DNA from: Octopus vulgaris
Lineage: Eukaryota
Assembly (NCBI GenBank): GCA_951406725.2
Contig: OX597814.1
Location: 204,972,001 to 205,036,000 of the forward strand
Length of the DNA stretch: 64,000 bases
Reading direction: 5' to 3'
Shown: positions 27,050-38,621 of the stretch, in pieces
Layout of the letters: each line of letters opens with the position of its first letter
How positions within the stretch are numbered: the stretch's first letter is position 1
Notes under the pieces: model-generated
Seen by the model: only the letters and a program-made list of their open reading frames with translations
Databases searched by the model: none
What the model was told of the DNA's origin: nothing
Made by a program: the position numbers and the translations under genes

Positions 27050-28311
27050 TTTTTTCTAGTTTCAGCTCAGAGCTGCGGCTATGCTGATGCACCGCTGTTT
27101 TGTGCTACACTGTTATTGCGACGAACCTCGTCTAATATGTGGCACTTGGTGAAGAATGTAGTTTGATACAGCTACTCTCATTTGCACCTCTTGCCGTGAG
27201 GTAGGTTCATCTGGGACTCTTGACAGGAAGATGTCCAGTTTTGATTTAAAAACTGCTACATCTACTTTGTGCAAGTTCCTCAGACTCTTTGGGAGAATAT
27301 TAAAAAGCTGTGGGCCCTTGAAACCCAGGCTGTTGCAGAAGCTGGTCCTGAAGCGTGATGGCATTGCTGGGATCTTTGGCACTATGCAGTGTCGTCCCGT
27401 TCTAGCATTGGTGTAGCTTACAATGCCAAAATTTGGCACAATTCCTTCCAGGATCTTCCAGACATATATTACCGCATACCTCTCCCGTCTTCTCTCCAGG
27501 GATTAGAGTCTTAGCTGTTTCAACCTTTCCCAGTAGCTGAGCTGTTGCAAAGAGACGATCTTCTTTGTGAATCTTCTCTGGATAGCTTCAAGGTCTGCTG
27601 TTAATTTTACACTGGTGGGTGACCATAGCTGTGAGCAGTAATCCAGGCGACTGAGGACGAATGTCCGCCAGAGGACCATCATGGTTTCCTTATCTCTGGT
27701 TCTGAATGTTCTTAGGACCCACCCAGCCAGTTGTCTGCACTTTGTCGCCATCCTGGTAATGTGCACTTAGAAAGAGGTATCATCACTCATGTCAATACCC
27801 AGGTCCCTCACAGACTTAGGCTCTGGGATTGAAATTCCCTGTGGACCGGTGTATCCTGTAAGTTTAATATTCAATTTTGGATGCTGGTAGTGCAGGGCCT
27901 GGAATTTTTCCGCATTAAACTGCATATTATTATCCTCAGCCCATCTGTAGATTGAGTCCAACTCCTGCTGCAGGTGTGCAACATCGCTGGGGTTCTGTAT
28001 TTTCTGCGAGACTTTCGTATCGTCTGCATAGCTGGCCAGAGTGGCTATCCGGGCATTTGAGTGCATATCTGAGAGGGCCACTATAAAAAGCAGTGGTCCC
28101 AAGACAGTGCCCTGTGGAACACCACTCACTATTTGTGTGTTCATAGAGGTGGCTCCATTAACCACTACTGCCTGACTCCTATCTTTCAGGAAGTCATGCA
28201 ACCACACTCCAAGTTTTCCAGCTATGCCGAGGTCACGTAATTTGTGGCATATCATACCATGATCCACCTTGTCAAAAGCTTTTGCAAAATCAAGGTAGAT
28301 TACGTCCACAT
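27050..28311 (-). mobile_element. 5'-truncated CR1/L2-group LINE (RT C-terminal half, nonsense mutations), sister subfamily of the 36-41 kb element
   Basis: YLDFAKAFDKVDH, SGVPQGTVLGP, YADD; in-frame stops at about 27767 and 27503; similar 3' tail gagctgaaactag. Confidence 0.9.
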
Positions 28312-28332
28312 TTATAAATGTATATAAAAATA

Positions 28333-28728
28333 CTAGCAGTATCGCCTGGCGTTGCTCGGGTTTGTAAGGGAAATAACTACATAAGCATTTTTAGAGATGT
28401 AAAGTATAATAGCCATCTCAATATGGCTAACCACAAAGGGAGGGTGTTACTGTAGCTTTTTACGTTCTGAGATTTAATAATAAATTTTTAGAGAGTTGCT
28501 TCCCTTATATATGCCAAAAATGCATTAAAAATGGGGAAAATTGATGGTAAATTTTTTTTTAAATCGTAGACTCATCGTAGACGCGTGCTAATACCCAGAA
28601 GGGCTTGATATGAATCACGACTATAAGATACCTGGTTTTGGTTAAACTGCACTGCAAAATGTGGGAGTAGTTAGGAATCTAAATTGTAGGAGACAGACAG
28701 CACACAACCTCACTTTTATATATAAAGA
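28333..28728 (-). mobile_element. non-autonomous Helitron (same family as 11340-11725)
   Basis: Reverse-complement copy with TC...hairpin-CTAG ends at an A^T site. Confidence 0.85.
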
Positions 28729-30636
28729 TATGTAAATATGTATAAATGTAATGTATAAATAAATTTGATTGTTTAAAAGTTTTGAATTAAATATTTAAAG
28801 CATCTGACGATTATTTCGCAGAAGAGTTGCCCCTATAATGGAATCCTATATTGATAAGCATTTATATATATCACTTGTATTAAATATATAAATACTTTAA
28901 TAGTATTAATATTTTGATACAATTGAGCACTCAATATAAATTCAGTACATAATATTCTTATTGAATATATTTACCTAAAGATTTAAACACAAACATTTAC
29001 TCACTATAAACAAGTCCTTCGTGTGGTTGTTTGGCAAGAAACTGCTGAACCCTCATACGATGTCTGATGATGGGAGAGTCCATGATATAGAAAGAGAGAG
29101 AGAGAAACACAAAGGCCAATAAGGCAGCGAACTGGCAGAAACATTAGCATGCCAGGCGAAATGCTTAGCGGTATTTCGTCTGCTGCTACGTTCTCAGTTC
29201 AAATTCCGCTGAGGTCGACTTTGCTTTTCATCCTTTCGGGGTCAATTAAATAAGCACCCAATGATATAATCGACTTAATCTGTCTGTCTGTCTGTCCTGG
29301 TTTGTCTCCTCTGTGTTTAGCCCCTTGTGAGTAGTAAAGAAATAGGTATTTTGTCTACCGTTATGTTCTGAGTTCAAATTCCGCCGAGGTCGACTTTGCT
29401 TTGCATCCTTTCGGGGTCGATAAATTAAGTACCAGTTATGCACTGGGGTCGATGTAATCGACTTAATGTCCTTGTTTGTCCCTTCTATGTTTAGCCCCTT
29501 TTGGGCAATAAAGAAATAAGAAACACAAAGGCCAATGAAACACATCTGGGCTTAACATACTTACAAAATAATTACATCATCATCATCGTTTAATGTCCAT
29601 TTTCCATGCTAGTACGGGTTGGACAGTTCGACTGGGGTCTGGGAAGTCAGGAGGCTGCACCAGGCTCCAGTCTGATCTGGCAGTGTTTCTACAGCTAGAT
29701 GCCCTTCCTAATGCCGACTACTCCGTGAGTGTAGTGGGTGCTTTTTACGTGCCAGGGGAGGCTGGCAACGGCCACGATTGGTTGGTGCTTTTTACGTGCC
29801 ACCAGCACGGAAGCCAGTCAAGGCGGCGCTGGCATCGGACACATTCAGATGATGCATTTTACGTGCCAGAGTATAGAATAAAGCAAACAAAAAGAAGAAA
29901 TAGGATGAGAGGACAGTTAAAGTCTATTGTGCCAACTTTAGACTTGTAGTGTGGTCAGTACAGAAGAGCAGGGAGTAAACATCAGTTTGTAAAGAGCAAT
30001 TCCTAAGGGAAGACAGGTAAAAGTCCATAAAGGGGGAGTGAAAGAGAATTACAGTAAAAGGGGAGGTTAGTTTATACAGAAAAAAAATGAATTTATGTAA
30101 TGGGAGAAAGATTTTTAGTATTTGACTGCCTCCTGTGCAGGTGGCACGTAAAAGACACCATTTGAGTGTGGCCATTGCCAGTGCCGCCTGACTGGCCCTC
30201 ATGCCAATGGCATGTAAAAGCACCTACTACATTCTTGGAGGGGTTGGCATTAGGAAGGGCATCCAGCTGTAGAAACTCTGCCAGATCAGATTGGAGCCTG
30301 GTGCAGCCATCTGACTCACCAGTCCTCAGTCAAATCGTCCAACTCATGCTAGCATGGAAACGATGATGATGACATGCAAAAATTACATCTGAGAATCAAT
30401 TGAGTAGAGAGGTCTTGTTGTGGTGTAATACAGTGAGCAGTGTGAGGCAGCGTAATTGACAAAAATGCCAATCTGTAGTGTAGGGGTCTCTACAGATGGC
30501 AGAGCTTGGCACTGTCCTGTGATCTGTCAAACCAGGTAACTCATCTCAGCATTAAATGCAGTTGTTAAATGATGATGATGATGAGCAGGGGAATAGATTT
30601 GCTATTTAGTTTACTGTTGTCTTTTTTCTATTTCAG

Positions 30637-30765
30637 TGAATCGTTTAGGAGAATTACGAGGCAGTAATGACCCAAACTGTACATATGAAGGAGACAACAA
30701 CGTCTTATTACGTCAGACAAGTAATTATCTTCTCAGTCTCTTTGATGAGAAACTCAAGAATCCAG
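30637..30765 (+). CDS. ACOX3: ACOX3 coding exon with catalytic Glu ([32 protein letters not shown]...)
   Basis: tttcag| acceptor, |gtaaat donor, 129 nt, phase 1/1; TYEGDN motif. Confidence 0.95.
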
Positions 30766-31619
30766 GTAAATATTATTCTTGTAATTGAAGAACCAGTTAA
30801 TTATCATTATTGCAGCAATCATACATACGGCAAATTTACCAATTTCTCTGTAGAATGGCAGCATGCAATGTAACTGCACATTGCTGTATCCACTGTTTCT
30901 TGGTGATTCCCTATTCCTGGCAGATTACACCTTTGTACCATTGAGGCAAGAACCCTCTAATCTATGGGGTCTGTTTGGGTAGTCCATTGCTAGTGAAAGT
31001 TTTATGGGGTCAAAGTGCAAATCCAACCTCAACCACTTTTAATTTCCTTTTTTCCAACACCCAGAAGAAATGAGGCTGAGAAAAATGATGAACAGCCTTA
31101 ATCCATTTTCAACCCTTATTGGGGCTCCCCATATAAGAGTTGTAAGAATTCTTTGAAGTGTAACGTAAAAGATATTAATGATGATATAGAAAATAAGTTA
31201 GAAGATGGAAGAATCATATTTTAAATTTTGTATTTAAAGATGTATGTGTGGCTGTGTTGTTAAGAAACTTGCTTCCTAACCAGGTGGTCTTGGGTTCAAT
31301 ATTACTGCATCGTACTTTAGGCAAGTGTGACATTTACTTTAGCCATGAGTGTACCAATGCCTTGTGAGTGGATTTGGTAAATGGAAAGTAAAAGAAGCTG
31401 TGTTATCTATCTACCTACCTACCTACCTGCCTACACACACACACACACACACAGTAATGTTGAACAGTGAAAATGAGTGCTCAACACTGCATTGGTGGAT
31501 AAATATTCTTTATTACCAATGGTTTCATGTAAAGAGATTTCTTTACAGTTTTCATGCATACTACATGGGAATGTTGGCACTCATCTCTCATTTTGGATGA
31601 GAATACACAAAGTCACACA

Positions 31620-33960
31620 AGTCTATACAAGATTTTAAAATCTATCAATAAATAAATATATAGATCATAAGAGGTAAGTTATAAAGAAATCTTAATTGTT
31701 GTCCTCTTTGCATTAGCCCATTATTTTTAAAGTATAAAATGAATGATAAATATAATATAAGTAAAAACTCTACGTACATTTCATGGCTATAATTAAATTC
31801 GAATTACAATTAAGTTTAAATTCAATTGAAATAAATTTGAATTAAAATTATAGCCAATCTTCAGGTTAATGATAATAATTAAATAAATAAGCAAATAGAG
31901 TTAAACAATATTTATCTAAGAAATAAATAAAATAATAATTTTTCTTATAGAAAAACTCCATTATCTGAATTAGAAACTTAAAGCATTAGATTATTTCCTA
32001 CAACCCATTTATTATGTTAAATATTTATTTTTAAGGTAAAAAAAATAGATAGAAATATGTATTTATCTATGAAGATATAATATGGCTTTAAAAACACATA
32101 ATAAACTCTTGAATATCCTTAACTTAGTTATAGTCCAATATTTAATTACCAAATTATTTAACAAAATAATCACTATCAACAAATATAGTAATTAAAATCT
32201 AAAATTTACTCTATCAATAAATATATAGACATATATTGAAAAATATATAAATTAATTAGTCCATTATTACTTACATAAATATTATAAATATCAATATAAT
32301 ATATTTATGAAATACATTTAAAAATTAAAAACGTATAACCTATCTTAAAAGAACCATATAACTATTTTACGATCTATATACCTCAGTGACTAAGTAATAT
32401 CTTACAAATTACTTAGTTATAATCTAATAATTAAATACATATCAACAACTAAATAATTATAGATTCAAATTAACAATCGGTTGTTATATAGTATACAATA
32501 CAATAAAACTTCTTAAAATATCTTAAATAGAAAAGGTTTACTTAGCTTTCAAAAACCGTGTCATTAACTAAAATTTTAAAATGAAAAACGTCTTTTAAGC
32601 ATTTATAAGAATACTCGTGGAATTACATTATTAACAGAAATAGAATAAACAGATGGAAAAATTCTTTTAACAATGAAAACTACGAATATATTTTATCAAT
32701 GGAAAATACCGCTATATTTTAGCTTTAATAGATAAAGAGAACAAAGTCACTAATAGAGAATATAATCACTATATACTATATCTTTCACTATAACCCTAAA
32801 ATTTATAATTAACTACAATAAATTATACTCAAAACTCTATAAATTAAATAATTTATATAACTACCATTTACTGTATATACTCTAAAAATCTTATAAAAAT
32901 TAATTTTATATATAAAAAGGTTAGGTTGGAGTCAAATCTTTATTTAAATAAAAGAGCTTTTAGACACATTCAAAATTAACTCAGTAGTAATTTAAACATT
33001 ATCTATATTATGACCACTAATTAATCAACTAAATTAATTTAAAACTATAATGTAATAAAATTCATTAATATAATATTAATTAATTAAATAAACATCTAAA
33101 TAAATCTACTTCAAAATATATAATAAACACATTTTGATTAATTAAAAAAATTTATTACAAACTATAAACTTAACTGTAATATAAAATAAATATATATTAT
33201 ATATCATATTAATACTCAAAACAAATTCTAAATAATAATAAATTAAACTTATTATATAGGTAGACTAATTTATATTTAGATCAAATACTTCATTCTTTAA
33301 TTGAATAAATAAAGTAAATATTATCATTATAAATAAATATTACATAAAGAAAAAAATTATTATCCTACACATTCAAAATTATTAATTTAACATTACTAAA
33401 ACTATATATACTTAATACTATCAATTTTAGTAGACATATAATAATCATAATAACAATAACAATATCAACCACAAAAAAACCCAAAAAAACTATCTGTTAA
33501 TCTATATTCATTAAATACATTATATATTTAGTAATAAAATAAACATCTAAATATAATCTAACTATAAGTATTTAAAGAACCTTTACTAACTCTTATTGAC
33601 TAATACTCAAACCATGTACAGAATTGCAAACACAACACTACTATAAATCACATACTAAATTTTAGAATTCATACTAGTACAAATATAACTACACTGAGCA
33701 CTGTATACAATAATTTCATTCATTCATTATTATTATAATTATAAAATCAAATATAGTCGCTATTTATCTAAAAATTTATTATATAAGTAAAGTAATTTGT
33801 GTCTACATTTAATTTTACACTCGTCCAATGTATTCTCTAATTTATTATGATCATTAAATAATATTTCATTAAACTCACTAGAACATAAATAACAATAATT
33901 GCTACCTTATACTATATGATTTGGCCTTACAAATTATATCCCACTTTAAATTATACTTAA
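31620..33960. other. unexplained extremely AT-rich block with A>T, C>G skew (NUMT-like composition)
   Basis: Free of the SINEs and microsatellites that fill the rest of the window; G-poor; no collinear mitochondrial match confirmed by eye. Confidence 0.4.
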
Positions 33961-34049
33961 TTCTTTGGGATTTTAATCAGTGTCTTCTTCATCATATTCA
34001 TCATCATTTGATGTCTATGTTCTGTGCTGGCATAGGTTGGATGGTTTAA

Positions 34050-34281
34050 TGGCGGCGAGCTGGCAGAAATGTTAGCACGCCAGGCGAAATGCTTTGCGGT
34101 ATTTCGTCTGCCGTTGCGTTCTGAGTTCAAATTCCGCCGAGGTCGACTTTGCCTTTCATCCTTTCGGGGTCGATAAATTAAGGACCAGTTACGCACCGGG
34201 GTCGATATAATCAACTTAATCCGTTTGTCTGTCCTTGATTGTCCCTTCTATGTTTAGCCCCTTGTGGGTAGTAAAGAAATA
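34050..34281 (+). mobile_element. tRNA-derived SINE family B, well-preserved copy
   Basis: ggcggcgagctggcagaaatgttagcacgcc...gagttcaaattccgccgaggtcgac...gtaaagaaat. Confidence 0.8.
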
Positions 34282-34580
34282 AGTTTAACATACAATCTGC
34301 CCTTCGTGTTGAGGGAGAAGATCTTTGCTGTCAGCAGAGGTAACAACTTCCTAAACTTTTCCAATCTATTCTTATCCTGATTATTGTACATTCTAAACAA
34401 TCACTTCTGCTATTAATTTTGTCACCTAGCTAACAAGAGCTATTAACTAGATCTAGTGAGCCCAGCAGTGGAGAGTCTGTTTCTGGTGTGTTCTTTGTGT
34501 GTATTACTCATGAGCATTTACCATATACACAGCTTACTTTCACGGTTAGCATTTCATTTCTAACTTTTTTCTTCTTTCAG

Positions 34581-34691
34581 CAACAATCATCAGTTCTCCT
34601 ATAAAGTCTGTTGATTTCATTAATGATTATGAACAAATTCTTCAAACTAGATTTGAAGCTAGATCTATAGAAGACTGCAAGAATCCCCTGA
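34581..34691 (+). CDS. ACOX3: ACOX3 coding exon (TIISSPIKSVDFINDYEQILQTRFEARSIEDCKNPL)
   Basis: tttcag| acceptor, |gtaagt donor, 111 nt, phase 1/1. Confidence 0.9.
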
Positions 34692-36559
34692 GTAAGTATA
34701 AAAATGATTTTATTAAAATATCTGTAACGGTTAAGATTGATTAGGTACACATATTAATGTGAAATGTTGGAGTCAGCAGTTGTAACGATAAAAATTCGTT
34801 GTTATAATGGCATGTTGTAAGATGTGAAAGATGAACAATGCATAAAGTTTTAAGGAAATATTTATTTTTACCATTACATTATACAATACCTTACCTCGAT
34901 GGGCAGGTGATGAAATCGTAAAGCCTCCGAAGTGAAGATAGATGTAGAGTTTGTGTTTGTGTTCTCGTCATTGTGTAGTAGTGGTTACAGAGAGAGAGAG
35001 ACTGATGTTGTAAGAGAACAGAATTAGAGCTAGTGAGAGTGAGAGAGTGTGGGATGAAACAACTGCTTTGTTGGTGTGATACCATAGTTGTTGTAGCCGG
35101 TCAGCCAGACTCCGTTCTCACTAACTGAGTTGTCACCAAGCAACCACTGTTTTTTGTTTGTGGGTTCTTGTTTTTATAACTATCCAGAAGGATAGACATA
35201 TCATTGAGAACAATAGATTTAGTTGGTGATCTTGTTTATCTTAATTCTAGCTTTTGGTGAAATAGAAGAGATTAGAAAGGGTCAAGTGGTGAAGACATTA
35301 TTTTGGCCTAGCTAAAGGCATCTGGCAAATGTAAAACTGCTGTCACAGAAAAAACCCATTGTTTCACCGTGAGAAAAGTTCTGTTGAAGTGTTAATTTAA
35401 ATTTGGCTATGGTGGATCGAATCCACTTCATGCATGCAAGATTCACTTACATATCTAGGTACAAGTATGGCTGTGTGGTAAGAGGTTTGCTTCTCAACCA
35501 CATGGTTCTGGGTTCAGTCCCACTGCATGACACCTTGGGCAAATGTTTTCTACTATAGCTTCAGGCTGACTAAAGCCTTGTAAGTGGATTTGGTAGATGG
35601 AAACTGAAAGAAGCCCGTTGCATATATCATCATTGTCATCATTTAATGTCCGTTATCCATGGTGGCATGGGATGGATGGTGTGGCCAAGCGATGGGGGTG
35701 GAGGGGTTTGCACCAAACACCAGTCTGATGGCTGGATGCCCTTCATAATACCAATCACTTTACTGAGTGTGCTGAATGCTTTTAATGTGGCGCTGCATGG
35801 GCGCCTTTATGTGGCGCTGCACAGGTGCTCATACACATTGCCACACAAGCACCACCATGAGTGTTTTTCACAACCAGAAGGATCAGTGTTAACGTTTCTA
35901 CTGCGAGGCATGGGTCTTCTTGAGTACAGCAAGGGGCCAGGTGTCCTGGTCCTTTGTCATCTCACCTGAAAGGTTCAGCTTCCTGAGGTTGATCTTCAGT
36001 ACTTCATTCTATGTCTTCCTGGGTCTCCCACTTCCACGTGATCCGTCCACTATGAGCTCCTGTGAAACTGTCCAACCCATGCCTGCATGGAAAGCAGACA
36101 TTAAATGATGATATATATATATGGTTCCGTTTTCAGCAGAGAAAGACGTGATTGCCTTTGCTCTGTGAAAAAGTCTGCATAGAACGGCGAAATAACCCAC
36201 TGTAGTTGCAAAACGTAAAACTCTAAGTCATAGAGATCACTACAACACTTTGGTTAAAAATATTTTAAAAAATATATACATATACACAGTAATTTTCATT
36301 TTCGCTGAAACGCACATGGTGCAAAAATAACTGAATCAAGTTATCTCCTGCAAGAAAGAAAAAAGAAGCATCTCTCCCGAAAAAAATCCCGTAAACCAAA
36401 AAAAAATTATCCAGACCACATTGTTGGATTAAGTATCAATTTCATCTATTTCATATTTTATTTATTATTCTATTTTATCTTTCACTTAGGCCCACATCTT
36501 AGTTAAAGTTGCGATCGTCATTTGGTTTGTTTACATTTTCAATAACTGTTCTCGATATA

Positions 36560-37755
36560 ATAATTTTCCAGATACTCTATCTTCTAATTAGCCTTAAGAT
36601 TAAATTAAATAACGTTTAATATTGATACCGTCAAATTAGCCTTAGGATTAAATTAAATAACGTTTAATATAGTTTAATATTGTTAATAATTATTGTTAAT
36701 TAGCCTTAAGATTAAATTAAATAACGTTTAATATTGTTTTAATATTGTTAATAAAATTTTCAGATACTCTATCTTCTAATTAGCCTTAAGATTAAATTAA
36801 ATAACGTTAAATATTAATAACGTCTAATTAGCCTTAGGATTAAATTAAATAACGTTTAATATTGTTAATAATTATTGTTAATTAGCCTTAAGATTAAATT
36901 AAATAACGTTTAATATTGTTTAATATTGTTAATAATTACTGTTAATTAGCCTTAAGATTAAATTAAATAACGTTTAATATTGTCTAATATTGTTAATAAT
37001 TATTGTTAATTAGCCTTAGGATTAAATTAAATAACGTTTAATATTGTTTAATATTGTTAATAATTATTGTTAATTAGCCTTAAGATTAAATTAAATAACG
37101 TTTAATATTGTTTTAATATTGTTAATACTTCTTCAGATACTCTATCTTCTAATTAGCCTTAAGATTAAATTAAATAACGTTTAATATTACCCACACTCTA
37201 ATATAATATTAACATTGCTAATATATTTTCAGATACTCTATCTCCTGATTAGCCTTAAGATTAAATAACGTTTTTATCCACACTCTAATATAATATTAAT
37301 ATTGCTAATATATTTTCAGATACTCTATCTTCTAATTAGCCTTAAGATTAAATTAAATAACGTTTAATATTAATAACGTCTAATTAGCCTTAAGATTAAA
37401 TTAAATAACGGTTAATATTGCTTAATATTGTATATATAATTTTTCAGATACTCTGTCTTCTAATTAGCCTTAAGATTAAATTAAATAACGTTTAATATTA
37501 CCCACACTCTAATATAATATTAATATTGCTAATATATTTTCAGATACTCTATCTCCAAATTAGCCTTAAGATTAAATAACGTTTTTTTACCCACACTCTA
37601 ATATAATATTAATATTGCTAATATATTTTCAGATACTCTATCTCCTAATTAGCCTTAAGATTAAATAACGTTTTTACCCAAATAACGTTTTTACACAAAC
37701 TTTAATATTGTTAATATTTCTTTTTCAAGTACTCTATCTTCTAATTAGCCTTAAT
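36560..37755 (+). repeat. modular AT-rich minisatellite, about 17 copies of TTAGCCTTA(A/G)GATTAAA...TAACGTT
   Basis: Core repeat separated by a small set of recurring modules (cagatactctat, cccacactctaat, aattattgtt). Confidence 0.9.
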
Positions 37756-37815
37756 ATCTTCCTGTCTTCTCTCGAACATAATTAGATAGATAAACGGATA
37801 GACGGATTATCCAGC

Positions 37816-38621
37816 ATGTCCAGAGCATGGAGACGTGACGAGCTGGATTTATTCGTACGAGCATGGGAGTGCGCCGGCGGAGATAGCCCTAGCGAGGTGA
37901 TTGCGGCTGCGCTGAAGAGCAGAGGCTACAAGAGGACAGCGGCTCAGATGGAGCGAAAGAGACAGGAATTCGTGCGCTCATATGCGCTTGTACGGTCGCA
38001 CATTGGCGCACTTGATGCCATCTTTGAGAACGAGCGGGGCAAAGATGGCAAGAATGGAGACGATGAAAGAAGTCACCCCCACCTGGTGGACGCCCAGGAG
38101 GAGGTTTTGAATGAGAAACCTGCCCGGGAAGTGAACCCAGGTGCAAGTTCTCCAACCGGCAGCAAGGGCCATGGAGAAGGAGTAGAAGTGGAACCGCAAA
38201 GGATGGAACCAAACAGCGCACACGGGTGTGTATGTTCTACCTGAGAGGTTCCTGCTGGCACGGAAAGGAAGGTGCAGGCTGCCGCTTTGCACATCGGGGA
38301 CCCTGCCACAGAGACACGAGGCAGATGGACAAACCATCAACACAAAGAAAAGGGATGGACTACGCACCACCTGCCCCAAAGCGGAGGTACGCAGATGTTG
38401 TGCGCGCCACAAACAGCCAACATGATGTTGTCGAAAGAGCAGCTGCTGAGCAACAATCTTTTTTGTGCATGGCACAACAGATTGTACAGCAGCTGACCTG
38501 GCTTCATCAAACCCAAGCCCGCAGGTGGGACTACCCACTATATACCAGACCACCACAGCAAACAGACACAGGATGGACACCGCCGGCAACAACGTACACC
38601 TCACCTCGATACTCCTACTGA
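37816..38621 (+). pseudogene. LINE ORF1 (Myb/trihelix-like N-terminus + CCCH zinc finger), one frameshift near 38222
   Basis: WRRDELDLFVRAW...IAAALKSRGYKRTAAQMERKRQEF; the other frame gives CMFYLRGSCWHGKEGAGCRFAH. Confidence 0.7.

Noticed and set aside
28800-28850. Half hammerhead on - strand (gcGAAAtaatcgTCaga)
   Set aside because: No matching CUGANGA found upstream on that strand
36560-37755. CRISPR array
   Set aside because: Spacers are reused modules, the context is eukaryotic and there are no cas genes; it is a minisatellite
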